Positions 27,401 to 39,193 of a DNA stretch of 64,000 bases are shown piece by piece. The notes beneath the pieces were generated by a model that had not been told where the DNA came from, made no database searches, and saw only the letters and a program-made list of their open reading frames with translations. Each line of letters opens with the position of its first letter. Positions within the stretch are counted from its first letter, which is position 1. The DNA comes from Lama glama (lineage: Eukaryota), in the NCBI GenBank assembly GCA_028534125.1, contig JAPYYK010000409.1:1-64000 (forward strand), in the 5' to 3' direction. The translations under genes were made by a program, and so were the position numbers.

Positions 27401-30400
27401 CGAGAAGCCTGACAACAGCCACCAGCTCCATCAGTGTCCCAGAGCCTTGGAAGGGTGGCCCTCGCCACCCTCTGCCCCCCAGGCACCCACATTGCAGCCT
27501 CCAACTCACCCAGGGTGCCTACATCGTCCCCGATGGCTTCTACCACAAAGTCGGCTGACTTGCCAACGACGCCTCCCTCCAGCCCAGGGCCCCAGGCCCG
27601 CACCTTCTGATTGCCACACTCAGTGCCCACCTTCACCTCGAAGGGGCTGCGAGGAGAGAGCCACATCAGGAAGGGCTGAGGGACCCCGTCTTGGACAGCA
27701 GCCTGCCCGAAACCCACAGGGGAGAAGAGCACCACCTCTGAGCGCTCTGCCCACAGCCTCACCTGCGCCCGATGTTCTGGCCTCCCCACGTGATGGTGAC
27801 GATGTACGTGCCAGGGACCACGGGATAATACTCGAAGCCATAGACGCCGTCCCCCAGGTCCTTCTGTTTCACACGCTCCTCGCCCTCTGCCAGAGACGAG
27901 GAAGGGCCTCAGGCCTGGCCGGCAGTGGCCTGGGGCCAGCACTGCCCACCCCAGCTGCAGGTCAACTTACTGGGACCCTTCACAGTGACCTTCAGCTCCC
28001 CACTGCCCGCGCCCTTCGTGTAGACCTTGAAGTCAGCAGTCTCCTTCACCCGCACGCCCTTGGGTTGGAGGCCCCGGCCGACAGCACGGCAGGCACCTGG
28101 GTTACAAGCTGTGAGCAGAGAGCCAGCTGAGCTGCTGGGAGCTGGAGCTAGGCAACCCTTCCCTTGCCTCCCACGTGGCTGGACCATCAGGCCACAGAGG
28201 GTGGGGAAGGATGCGCAAGAAAGAACCAGAACGGACTGTGACCCTAAGACCTGTGGCCAAGGCCAGGACATGTCAGGCCTCCTCCCACCTGCTCCATCTG
28301 CATCTGTCCCCCACCTCCAGCCCAGCCCTCCCCTCCCAGAGGAAGACAGATCCAAGTACCGTTGACCCTGCGGGCAGAGCAGAGAGCAGCAGGTTTCTAG
28401 ACAACTGGAGCGAGCTCTTCCGAAGATGAAAGCGTGGAGAGAGAGAGAGAGATGGAGACGGGCAAGAGGTGGAAGAGGAGGAGGGGCCCCAGAAGGGGAA
28501 TAGAGAGAGAGTACATCGCCCAGACAGTGGAAGCACAGACAACCCAGGGAGATGGGGCAGGGGCTGGATGGAGAGGGACCTGCCCCGGCTGCCTCCCTCC
28601 CAAGGGAGGCCTGGGCTGCAATGGCCCAGCATGTGACAGCCAGGACTGGCCTACCTTGGCCAACAGTGACAGTGTAGGGGCTGCGAGGGATGGGCACGCC
28701 AGCGAAGGTGACGTGCACCGTGTGGACACCCTCCATGGTGGGCTGGTAACTGCAGCGATACGTGCTGTCGCCCCGGGCCTCCAGCTGAGGCACCACAGTA
28801 CCCTTCTGTCCAGCAGGGTCCTGGATCACGACCTCCACCTCACCCGTGCCAGCGCCTACCGTAAGGTACCATCTCAGCTCCCAGAGCCTCCAGGCCCCAG
28901 TGGCCCCACCCCCAGACCTTGCAGCCTCAGTACCCTCCCCTCACCTGCCGTGAAGATCTCAAAGTAGGTGGTCTTGTTGGCGATGTTGCCGCTGGGCTCC
29001 AGGCCAGGGCCCTGGGCAGTCACTTTGCTGGCATCACCCTGGGACTTGTCCACGTACACCTCGAAGGGGCTCTTGGCGATGTGCTGGCCGGCAAAGAGCA
29101 CAGTGACCTGTTCGCAGGAGGGGCAGGACGTGAGGGCGGGGTGGGGCCCTACAGCAGCTGCCCTCGCCACCAGCTTCCCCTTGGCCTGAGGGCTCACCTT
29201 GTGAGTCCCCGTCACCTCGGGGACATACCAGACAGAGAAGGTACGGTTCTTGTCATTATTGGCGGTCACCTTGGCCTAAGGTGGAAAGGAGCCCGTGAGC
29301 TCTGGCTGAGAGTGGCCCCTGCCAGCGAAGGCACAGTGGCACCTGCCCCACATGCCGTCGGCCCTACCTCCTCCTGGTGTCCAGCCGGGTCCTCCACGTA
29401 CACCAGCACCTCTCCCTGGCCAGCGCTTCTAGTCTCCACAGTGAACTCTGCCCGCTTCTTCACCATGTTGCCTGTGGGCTCGATGCCTGCCGGGGGAGGG
29501 CGCGAAAGGCCCGCGCAGGCTGTGAGCGCCGCCCCCTCCCCAGCGCAGCCCCAGCAGGCACGCTCTGTGCACGCGAGTCAGTTCAGCTTAAACCCCAGCG
29601 CACAGAGCCTTAGGTCCCAGCTGCACTCCTGCCGTGGGACAGGCCTGGGCCCGTTTTCTGGAACGTGCCCCAGTGTTTGCCTGGGCCCTCACTCCTGTAT
29701 GACGCCCTGGGCTGGGTTTCATCTCCACCGCAGTAAGGCGGACGGGTCCTTCCTCCCTCAACCCACTCCTGCCTGACTCTCGGGGGCATTTAATAACCTT
29801 GCTGCCACGTGACTCAAGACTCATCTTTAGAGAGGACACTGACCCGCAGGGAGGAGGGCGTCGCCCAGGAGCACCCACTGCTGCCTGGCTCCCTCACCTG
29901 GCCCGTAGGCTCGGGCTTTCTTCGGGTTCAGTTTGGGCCGCAGGGGAGCCCCTGGTTTCAGCTTGGCCTTGGGGAACTGGGATAGGTAGGTCATGACGGA
30001 GTGCTCATCCACATTGGGGTCCACGATCTCCTCAGGAGTGATCACCTGCCATGGGCAGAAGACAGGGGCCATTTAGCCTCTAGTCTCAGGTTCCTGGGGC
30101 GTGCCACCACCCCCCACCGGGATCTCGGCCCCTGGATGGCCCCAAGTGGTCAAGCAGGGGTGTACCTGAGGGATGCCCAGCCAGTCATCGGCCTGCTGCA
30201 TGGCTTCCCGTGCATTGTTCACAGGCTTGCTGGCGTCCCAGGAGTCCCAGTCAGGACACAGGCCTGAGGCACGAGGAAGGTGGTGAGTCGGGGGCCCACA
30301 GAACTTCCTGGTGGGCCATCCGGTCTGCCCCAGCACGCCCACGCCCCTCACCTGGGGCACAGCTGTCCACCAGGGCGCCCAGGGCCCTGCCGCTCTGCCA

Positions 30401-33400
30401 GTCCCGGCTGAAGTTTGTGATGGGCAGCTGTGGCAGCTTGTTCTGGATCCATCCCAGAAGCCTCTGCTTGGGTGTCTGTTTCTTGGCCTCCTCATCCTCC
30501 TCTTCGTCCCACATGGGCATGGAGATGGAGTAGTGTAGGATCAGGGTCCAGATAAGGCCCAAGATCAGCTTCAGGTTCCCGTCCACGATGGCCTTGCTGT
30601 CTGTGAGGGAAAGGAGTGGCAGCGCTGGGCAGGCAGGGGCCTCCGTGGGCGTCCTGTGCACATGTGTACATGCACACACAGGGTGGCAGGCCACTCCCAG
30701 GCACTGCTGTGTGGAGCACAGCGGGCCCCAGGGAGGAGAGAGAGGCCCTCGCAGGGTGGGGTGGGGCCCTCTCTGCCCAGGGCCCCTGCAAGGGCGTGAA
30801 GCAGGTTCGAAGGGAAAACACCCATGGGCAAATGGTGATGATACAGTACAGTGAGGGGGTGATGCCAGAAGCCGAGGCTGTGGGGCCCTAGAGGAAGGAC
30901 ATGCGACAGAGCTTGGCTGCAGACAGGGCCAGGGGAGGTCTCTGGAGGAGTCCCCTTCCCCAAAGATGGTGGCTCTGGAGAGTGAGTCCGATGAGCACGC
31001 CACAGCTGCCCACACACGAGCCCACCACCCATCTCCAGGGGTCTCCAGAGAATGGGCAGGAGGAACAGCCAGGCCCCAGCAGGCCTCAATGCCAGAGCCC
31101 CTGACCTGGCGCTGAGGAAGGGGAAGGCAGGCTGGTGGGGCGGTTGGGAAATACAACTGCTGCCCCAGGGTGAGTGGGTGGACGGCATGGGGCAGGGAAA
31201 GCAGAGGTGTTGAGCAAGGACCCTTTGGGTGGAGGGTGCGAGACCCACCCCCCACCACTTCCTCAGTGCTCCCCCTCCCCCCAGAGCCCAGCTGGGAGTT
31301 GGGCAGCAGGCCTGGTGCAAGGGAGGGGCTGGGAGCCCCAAGGAACCAGTGGTTGGACTGCAGGGCCCTGACTCACTGGGGCCCAGCAGGGATAGCCTGC
31401 CAGCCAGGATGATGGGCAGGACACATTCCAGGGGCCCCTCACCCAGCCCGAGGAGGAGGAGGAGGAGGTGGGGGGAGCAAAGCCAGCGAGCCTGTGTTGG
31501 GCGCCCAGGGCTCAGCTCGGGAGCCTGGGTGGCAGAAGTCATGGGTGGGGTCCCCAAGTCCCGCTGCCTCAGCAGAGCGTGCTCGGCTGCTGCCTGTTCT
31601 CGCCACCTAACGGGCCACTGGGCTGAGAGCTGGTGGCCACCAAGCTCACCACAGGGGAAGTGGTTAGGGCGGGCACCCTGTACCCCATCACTATAGCAAC
31701 CTCTCTGTGCTCTAAGCCCCACCCAAGGCCCTTCTGGGTCTCAGCCTCCTCCTGAGATTGGGGGCTGGGGGTGGTGCTCCAAGAATGGGAGAGGGCAACT
31801 CATCTTTGAAATTCCTGCTGGCATGCTCCATCCTCTACCCCCAATAATCAGGAGAAAATACTTGTCGAGTGGGTCAACTTGGGAATGGGAAGAAGGGGAT
31901 GAGTGCCTCGGAAAGGTCCATCAATGCGGCAGCCTCTGAATCCAGCAGGCAGCACTTTGAGGACCAGCGCCATGCTACTCAAAGCATGTTCCTGGACTGG
32001 GGTTGCTCCTGGTCGCACACCACTACCTAATGCTGTCCCCCGATGGCAAGCAAGGGAGGGTGGAGAGAGGACTTCAGGCTAGGGGTGACTGGAAGGTTCA
32101 GAGAAGACCAAGAGCACAGGACCCGCTGGGGCCTCCCACCAGGCTCTCACCCCCAGGATCCTGAGTCTTGTACAGGAGACCTCAGGAGGCCTGAGGCCCA
32201 CTGTGACCCATGAGAGGACACACAAGGCCAAGCTCATCAGCCCTGGTAGGTTGGGCTGGGCCCTCCCCCTAGTCCAAAGGAGGCTGGCCGAGGCCCTCCC
32301 TGTCCACCTCACAAAAGAGAGAGGGAAGGACGGGGCCCCGGGTTGAGAGAATGACGGGCTGGATGGCCCCGCCCCATCCCACCCCCTTTCCCCAGCCCCC
32401 GGCCAGCCTGACCCCTCCCTCCCCTAATCACTGCTGCTTTCCAACATTTTTTTGCCTTATATGGCAAAGCTCTGGGAACTAGGCCTGCTCCAGCCAGCTC
32501 ACAAGAGGAGAAGAAGGGAAGGGGGAGGACGAGACCCCCCCCAGACAACTGGGGTGTGGCCCGCCTCCCCACATCCGGTTGCCCCCCCCAAGGCTCAGAG
32601 ATGACTCAGCTTGGCTAGACTGAGGCTGGGACTGGGGGGTGGGCCTCCTCGGCCTCAACGACGTGCATTCCAAAGAAAGTGGTGGGGCCCTTGAGACCTG
32701 CCCTGAGTGGTTGGGGGAACCTGAGTCTCCGTCCCTCACCTTCCCAGGCTCAGCATGGACCATGCCAGGGCCAAAGGGACATCTGGAAGGCCTCTGAAAA
32801 CAAACACCTCTTGCCCCTTCCCTCCCTGTTGCATAGCCCCCTCCCCAAGTCACCAGTTCTGGTGTCGGTCCCTGAGCAGTTCCCATCTTAAGAAGTGCCT
32901 GGGATGCAGTAGGTCTGGTCAGTTCCAGCCTCACTAGCCCAGTGACACGGACATCGGGCCGGCAGTGAGCCCAGCACATGCTGGAGTACCTTCCAACCAA
33001 CTCCTGCATTCTAGATGCAGGAAGGCAAGTCCTACATGGAAGAGTTTGGCCAGAAATCAACAGTAACTTGGTGTCTAAGTAGGCTACAAGCCAGCTCCCT
33101 TCACTAGCCAGCGCACAGACCCACCTTGTCTTTCAATAGCTATGGTTCTCTCTGGCCCCCTAGTTCTGAGGGGGAGATCTAAATTAAGGCCCCCTATCTT
33201 TAGCGGGGGTGGGGGGCCTAGATAATGGAACCCACAAGCTCCATCCCCTGTTTAGGAACCACAGGGGTGCCTGAAGGCCAGACTGCCCTCTCCAAACTGC
33301 TTTAGGGGGTGGAGAGCCCTGGCCTCCGCCTCGTTAGAGATGGGGCATTGGGCACAGGGCCAGAGCTTGGCCAGTGCCCGCCCCACTAGGCCCTCTCCCA

Positions 33401-34057
33401 CCGCGGCCGCAGCGGCGGGGGCGCGGCCTGTGGAGGATGTGAGCTCAGCCTGGGCGTGGGCCAGCCGGGACAGGCGGGCGGGGCGCCTAGCGGTCCGCAC
33501 GCACCGCTGGCCAGCGAGCCTTTGTTCTCCAGGCCCACATGCATCTGGGCGGCCCCTGGAGCCTCTGGGTCAGCGCCGCATTTTAAGAGGGTGTCTGCCA
33601 GGGGTCAGCCCCCGGGAGATGGGAAGACGCACGGAGTCCCCCTCCCTCACCCTCCCCGCGCCACGGGGAGGCCCGCGCCCTCACCGATTGACACGAGCTT
33701 GATGCTCTCGCGGTCTAGGAACTCGAGCGCCACCGACACGTTCTCGAGCTGCATCTGGCGGAAGGNNNNNNNNNNNNNNNNNNNNNNNNNNNNNNNNNNN
33801 NNNNNNNNNNNNNNNNNNNNNNNNNNNNNNNNNNNNNNNNNNNNNNNNNNNNNNNNNNNNNNNNNNNNNNNNNNNNNNNNNNNNNNNNNNNNNNNNNNNN
33901 NNNNNNNNNNNNNNNNNNNNNNNNNNNNNNNNNNNNNNNNNNNNNNNNNNNNNNNNNNNNNNNNNNNNNNNNNNNNNNNNNNNNNNNNNNNNNCGGTACC
34001 GCTGCCCGGAGCCGCGCCCGCAGCGCTCTGGCCCGCCCGGGAGTGGGAGCTACTCAT
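12453..34057 (-). CDS. FLNA: Filamin A, left (minus-strand) copy; multi-exon, exons 2-48
   Basis: ATG at 34057 ([14 protein letters not shown]), stop (tca on +) at 12453-12455. Exon coordinates = 75264 minus those of the right copy (e.g. exon 2 CDS 33685-34057, exon 22 23645-24242, exon 48 CDS 12453-12640). CH domains and Ig-like filamin repeats with GT/AG junctions. No exon 1 in its own orientation. Confidence 0.95.
14681..14930 (-). other. A-to-I editing stem, left copy
   Basis: Mirror of 60334-60583. Confidence 0.75.
26085..26625 (+). mobile_element. L1 (L1MB-type) 3' fragment in FLNA intron 15, left copy
   Basis: cacttgtacttgaacgttcacagcggcactgttcacaacagccaaaagg...cccaaatgtccatcaacaaatga...agccataaaaagg. 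Confidence 0.8.
28360..28416 (-). other. Candidate poison (NMD) exon in FLNA intron 9, left copy
   Basis: Mirror of 46848-46904. Confidence 0.65.
32455..32671. promoter_or_regulatory. Intron 2 enhancer-like cluster: CArG, AP-1, TEAD (left copy)
   Basis: CCTTATATGG 32455-32464; mirror of 42593-42809. Confidence 0.6.
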
Positions 34058-34864
34058 TTTGAGGCGCGAGGAGCCGAGGGGCGGTGCTGCAGCCTAGGCG
34101 AGGGGACGGCCCTTTAATTAAAGTCGCAGGCACCTCAGCGAGCCCGGGACGATGCAGACAGCAGAGGTTGCGCTACGGAAAGAGCGAGCCCTTTAAATGC
34201 GGGCAGGGGGCGGGACAAGGAGGCGGAACTGCCATGAGGCGGGGCTGCGGGTGGGGCTTCGGGGCCGCACCCGCCCCGCCCCACCCCGCCCGTTGGAATG
34301 CCCCCCTGAGTCCCTCCGCCCCGGTGGTTTTGACCCGACCCCCAGGCTCCAGGAAGGGTCGTTGGGCCCCAAGTAGGCAAGATTGCGCCCAAGCCCTGCG
34401 GTCTCGCGCCTGCGCTGCAGGAAACGCTGCAACGAGGAAAGGCTGAGCTGTGTCTGGCGCTGGACCACCTGGCCTCCAGCGGGCACACCATACAAGGGAC
34501 TTTCCTTCCCCACGGCTCCTGCGGGGGATGGGGTGGCTCGCCCTCTGTGAGTGACGTAGGCTCCGCTCAGTCCCCCCGCAGCCCTCGCGGTCCCCCTTCC
34601 CCCGAGATCCAGCGCTTGGGGGTCCCTGGCCGCGCCCAAGCCGGTCGCTCGGCAGCAGCATGAAGGGGCCCGATCTTAAGGGCAAGCCCTTGGAGAGCGC
34701 GGGTCCGGGCGAGGCGCGGCTGCCAGCGCTGTGCGCGCGTGCGCCACGCCAGCGGAGCCCGTGGCGCCCGGACCCCAGGCCGCCCCCCAGACCCCTTGCC
34801 CCAGCTGGCCTGCCCGCTCTGCACTGCCCTGGGCTGTGCACCTGCGCCCGCCGGTCCCCACCGC
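34058..34864 (-). promoter_or_regulatory. CpG island / candidate alternative promoter upstream of FLNA exon 2 (left arm)
   Basis: Mirror of 40400-41206. Confidence 0.55.
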
Positions 34865-36565
34865 CTGCCTCCCTCCCAACCCGCTCCACCCAGGAGGAAA
34901 TGGGGCACTGGGCCAGGAGGCCACAGGCGATCCAGGAGCAAGCAGCCCTGAAAGGGGCAGGACGTGCCAATGGGCAGTGGCAGAGGCCGCAGGGTGATGC
35001 ATGCAGAGACAGCGAGTGTCCGTCTGACCCACCAGCAGTCCACCTGGGGCAGTAGGGGTTTCCTCTCCTGTCTGAATGGGCCCTGAACCCAGTGTGACCC
35101 AGGAGGTGGCCGGGCAGGGGTGGGGGGGTGTCTTCCAGACCCAGAGGGACCTGCGCAGTGGTTCCCTGAGGAACTGCTTGATGGGCTCTGTGCACCTGGG
35201 TCTGGGTGGGCTTCACTGTCACGTGGTGCAGAGGGGCCCCTGGGACACAGGGGCCAGGGGACTGAAGGGGGCAAACCACCAAGGCCTGCTGAGGAGTCTG
35301 GACAGTCACTAGGAGTTGGTGAGGACCTTGATCAGTGAAGAGCTGTCCCATGAAACTGCGAAGGAGGTGACAATCACATTCTAAACAAAGCTAGATGATG
35401 GAGTGTGGGGCCAACTGAAGTGCGCCTCCCAGACCTGGGAGCCTGGGGAGGGGAGGCCCCGTCCTGTCCTCGTAGATGACAGCTGGTAACAGAAGTGAGG
35501 AGGGCTCTGGTCAGATCCGGGCAGGTTGGCCCAGCTGGTGAGGGTCACTGTGGAGGTTTGTTCATGGGGTGAAGAAGATGTAACCATACAGTTAGTGGTG
35601 AGAAGATAGGGCCCTGATTTGACTACACAGAGCCTCAGAAAATTTGCCCAAAAGTTGCAGGGTTTTCGAGTAAAGGTGAGGCCTACCGTATCTCTGGAAG
35701 AGGACGAGGCGTGTGGGCCCCGAGACATGCAAGGCAGTACGAAAGTCGGGAGAGCCCTAGGCAGGCAGGGTCTTGCTGCTTATCTTTCAGAGCAGGAAGG
35801 GAGATGGTGTCAGGGCTCTGGGCTGCTCAGAGTCTGCCTCATGGAATTTTAAGTTTTGGCAAGATCCAATTCCCCAGCACCTCTCCAAGCCTTCTTCTGC
35901 AATGCTGGCCCCTGTCCCGGAGGCTGTCCTCCCCCATGCCACCCCTCCCCATACAGATCCAAGCTGTTTCCTTATGAGGTCAAAGAATTCTAAGTTTGCC
36001 TTCTCCCCTAGGAACACCCCGTCCCCCGGCACCTACCTTGCCACTCTGCCTTTTATCCCCTCCTCCTCCAGTCACCCCAGTATGAGGTCCCACCACCAGT
36101 GGCACCAGGAGCCTGACTTGTGATGGTCCCCTGTGCCCAAGCCCACCTGGAGACCAAGTCCAGGTGCACTGCAGGCAGACCCATCCCAGACCACCAGAAA
36201 GCAGGAGAGCCCTTGACTGTCAGAGCCCAGAGGCCCTTGGCACCACCCTTATCACGATCACATAGTCGAGTAATTAGGGGCCCAGAGAGGGAGGAGACTT
36301 GCGCAAGGGCCCCGAGTGCAGCGATTCATTCATGGATTGTTCCCCCAGTTGGTACCTAGTCCTGGGGTTATGATCTGGACAGTGTGGCCCAGAGAGGGTT
36401 CTGTGTCAGCAAATGGGCTATTGGGGGAAATCTGGGGCCTCAAGTGGAGTCTTCCTGGGAACAGGTGGGTAGAAAATTATAGGGAAAAATAATATCAACA
36501 AGAATACATTCCTCAACATTCAGGTCCAAGGAGACAATTGTTCATTGAGCTGTTAATGTTTTCTT

Positions 36566-36693
36566 TTTCTTTCTTCCTTTTTTTTGGGGGGGTAATTGGG
36601 TTTATTTATTTATTCTAATACAGGTACTGGGGATTGAACCCAGGACCTTGTGCATGCTAGGCATGCACTCTACCACCAAGCTATACCCTCCCC
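36566..36693 (-). mobile_element. tRNA-derived SINE, camelid Vic-1-like, with perfect 21-bp TSD
   Basis: Minus strand GGGGAGGGTATAGCTTGGTGGTAGAGTGCATGCCTAGCATGCACAAGGTCCTGGGTTCAATCCCCAGTACC plus (AAAT)n/C-run/A tail. TSD ttgagctgttaatgttttctt at 36545-36565 and 36696-36716. Confidence 0.9.
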
Positions 36694-37899
36694 TCTTGAG
36701 CTGTTAATGTTTTCTTAAAGATCAGAATCTTAATCCTTTGGTTCAATACAAAACTTAAGTTTTCTCTTCAAGGATGTTAAAAATCTTATAGGTTTTGCCT
36801 GGCAACAGAATGCTGTAAAACGTTGCTCAGATAGTAACAAAAGTCATAAGATGGTGAATATTGTGAAAATTAATGTGTAGGAGGTGGTCACAATTAATAT
36901 GTACCAGTGAGTGATTAGCTGACCAAAAGCCTCTCAAAGAACGCCTTGTGTTCCAAGCCTAGAAGACACCAGTTTACCTTGGGACTATATTGGCATGGCT
37001 AGTTGGAGATTCAGCTTGCCTTGATTCTAGTGGTTTTCAGGAACTTTCAACACAAGGAGGAAAGGTCTTTAATTTATTACGATCTTTACTAGAGAACAGC
37101 TGGTGTTTACAAACCTGCATTCCCTAGACCTGGAAGAAGTAGAGACCCAGAGATGCATGTGGGGAGCCTTGGCCAGGAGCTTTCTCCCTCCACCCTTTTT
37201 CTTTCTCTCCTTTAATGCAGTGGAATTGAATGGGAAATGTCAGAGTCCTTTTCAGGTAGCAAGGGAAAGGCTCATTTTGTGAACCACCTGTTTCAGTAAC
37301 TTGTGTCACCCTGTGTGTGTGCACACAAGTACTGGCTCAGGATGTACAGTGTAGTTCTTATTGGGGTTTGTGGGCAAAAGGTTTAAGACACTGCTTTATG
37401 TGGCCTTCCCCAAGAAAGTGATACTTGCATTGAATACGAAGCTACCAGGAAATAGGCGCATAGAAGAGGAAGAGGGAGCCTGGCAGTGCCAGGGTGTGGC
37501 TGTGCCCACCCAGTTCACAGACCCTTGGCTCTGTGGCTGCCCCACTACAACTGCCCACTCCTGGACTTAAGGACTGCACCTAACTGTGCTCCTGAGAATT
37601 CAGTCCGTCTCTGTTGCCCCCACCCAGGCTTGGCACCCAGTAGGGGCCAAATCAGTGGCAGTCAGGATGCTAGCTCATCCCGGGTTTCAGGTCCCTGGTC
37701 CATGGCAGATTTTTGGCCGTAGGCGCTCAGTGAACACCTGCAACGGCCCGTTGCCCACCTCCACCCCAGACGGCAGACTCCGACTTGCCTGGCCAGCCCA
37801 GGCTTGAGGCAAGGGAAGGGAGCCATGACTATGGGCCACCTGGAGGAGGTGGCCTTTCCTGCAACAGGGGCCCTGCAGACCCTCAGGGCTCTTGAGGAG

Positions 37900-38360
37900 A
37901 GCACCCCCCTCGCCAGTCGGTGAGCTCATAGGGCGGGGGGCGTCGCCAGGCGGCCGGGGCGCTGTAGCTCACGGCGCGCCCCCGCCCCCCCCCGCCCCCG
38001 CCCCCGGCTCNNNNNNNNNNNNNNNNNNNNNNNNNNNNNNNNNNNNNNNNNNNNNNNNNNNNNNNNNNNNNNNNNNNNNNNNNNNNNNNNNNNNNNNNNN
38101 NNNNNNNNNNNNNNNNNNNNNNNNNNNNNNNNNNNNNNNNNGACGCCAGTGGAGCCCCGAGGCGCCCGGTGCGGGCTCACAGGCAAGCCAGGCGCCACCC
38201 CGTGGTCGCCAGCCGTCCGCAGGACAGCAGGTGAGGCCTCCGCGGCCGGCTCCGAGCGGGATGGTCACGGAGCTGCTCGCAGACCGAGGGCGGGGGTGGC
38301 GAAGTCCGGCGGCGAATCCTGAGAACTCAGGCGCGGGCGCGCACCTAGGCCGGGGCCAGG
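37900..38360 (+). promoter_or_regulatory. FLNA: FLNA main CpG-island promoter and non-coding exon 1 (donor after 38230)
   Basis: Tandem GC boxes (cccgcccc) at 37979-38005, masked core 38011-38141, then CpG-rich sequence ending CAG|GTGAGG at 38230/38231, about 2.9 kb upstream of the exon 2 acceptor (ttccgtag|cgcaac, 41091/41092). Fits the known FLNA layout with a non-coding first exon. Confidence 0.75.
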
Positions 38361-39119
38361 TGCAGCTGGGGTGCCTTCCCTTGGGGCCGACTTACCTGGT
38401 TTACCTGAAAATCTGTGTGTGCCTGGGAGTGTGGGAGCCCTAAGTCATGGGGGTCCCTGACAGAGGGGGAGTCTGAGCGTTTGGCAGGACACAGGCTCTC
38501 CTGCGCGCCGGTGAGCTGGCCACTGCATGGCTATCTGGGAAGGAGGGGCCCAGAGAGCAGGACATTGTGTGGGCTGAGGGCGAGTGGCCACGTGGAAGGA
38601 CAATTCACAGCCAGTATGCTTCCTGGGAGGGCGACAGTGGGCTCCTCGCTGGCACCAGTCCTCTGGGTACCAACTGCTTTGGGCACAGGGAGTTGGCTGC
38701 CAGGCTGCTGTGCTCTGTGGGAGGTCAGGCAGGGGTGTGGCCCGCACAGGAAGCAGGGGCTCCTCCAAGAGGCCAGATTCCCAGGCTGGGTCCTGTCCCA
38801 GGTTGGCTCAGAGCTGGATGTTCACTGCCAGCCAAGATGCAAGCAGCAACATCCCCAGATTCCCATGCCACCTGGGTCCAGGAGAAGTAGGTGAAATCCG
38901 ATGGGAGAGCCACCAGTGTGTGCTCCAGGGTGCAAGTCAAGATGGGAACTCAGGACTTAAGTGCCCTCACCTGCCATCTGGACTTGCCTTAGTGGCCCAT
39001 CCTGCCATTCTTCGACTTTCTTCACCAGCTGAATCGCCCCTGTGGGAGGGCCTGGCCTGGGGTCTGAGGACTGGGGGTGGGGTGGGAGGCGGAGTGTATC
39101 TAACATCCAAGAATCTACT

Positions 39120-39129
39120 CCAAATAAGG
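39120..39129. promoter_or_regulatory. CArG box CCAAATAAGG (intron 1, spacer)
   Basis: Exact CC(A/T)6GG; FLNA is a known SRF/MRTF target. Confidence 0.6.
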
Positions 39130-39193
39130 GAAAATATGAAAGAGCTGGATTTTGGCTTCCAGGGACTGCTGGATCTGGGGGCTTTGGGATGGG

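Larger units (their letters stand above)
11264..35266 (-). repeat. Left arm of giant inverted repeat (outer limit not determinable in this window)
   Basis: Reverse complement of 39998-64000. Every ORF-track entry in this interval has an identical mirrored partner with start+end = 75264 (e.g. 11316..11504 / 63760..63948; 23367..24314 / 50950..51897; 33647..34057 / 41207..41617). Confidence 0.97.

Noticed and set aside
30571-31722. 383-aa ORF (and mirror 43542-44693) in FLNA intron 2
   Set aside because: Pro/Gly/Leu-rich, no recognisable domain, non-ATG start; expected by chance in very GC-rich DNA.
12453-34057. Left copy as FLNB/FLNC paralogue or as a pseudogene
   Set aside because: Mirrors the right copy including introns, with FLNA-specific termini and no visible lesions; expression is unknown, but the sequence gives no basis for a pseudogene call.
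34173-35351. 392-aa ORF (and 373-aa partner 39970-41091) crossing the arm boundary with different N-termini
   Set aside because: Reads through a stop-poor CpG island with no protein-like features; the differing N-termini only reflect the boundary.
36620-36693. tRNA-like sequence (also about 2423-2495)
   Set aside because: Has an A-rich tail and target-site duplications, so it is a SINE head rather than a tRNA gene.
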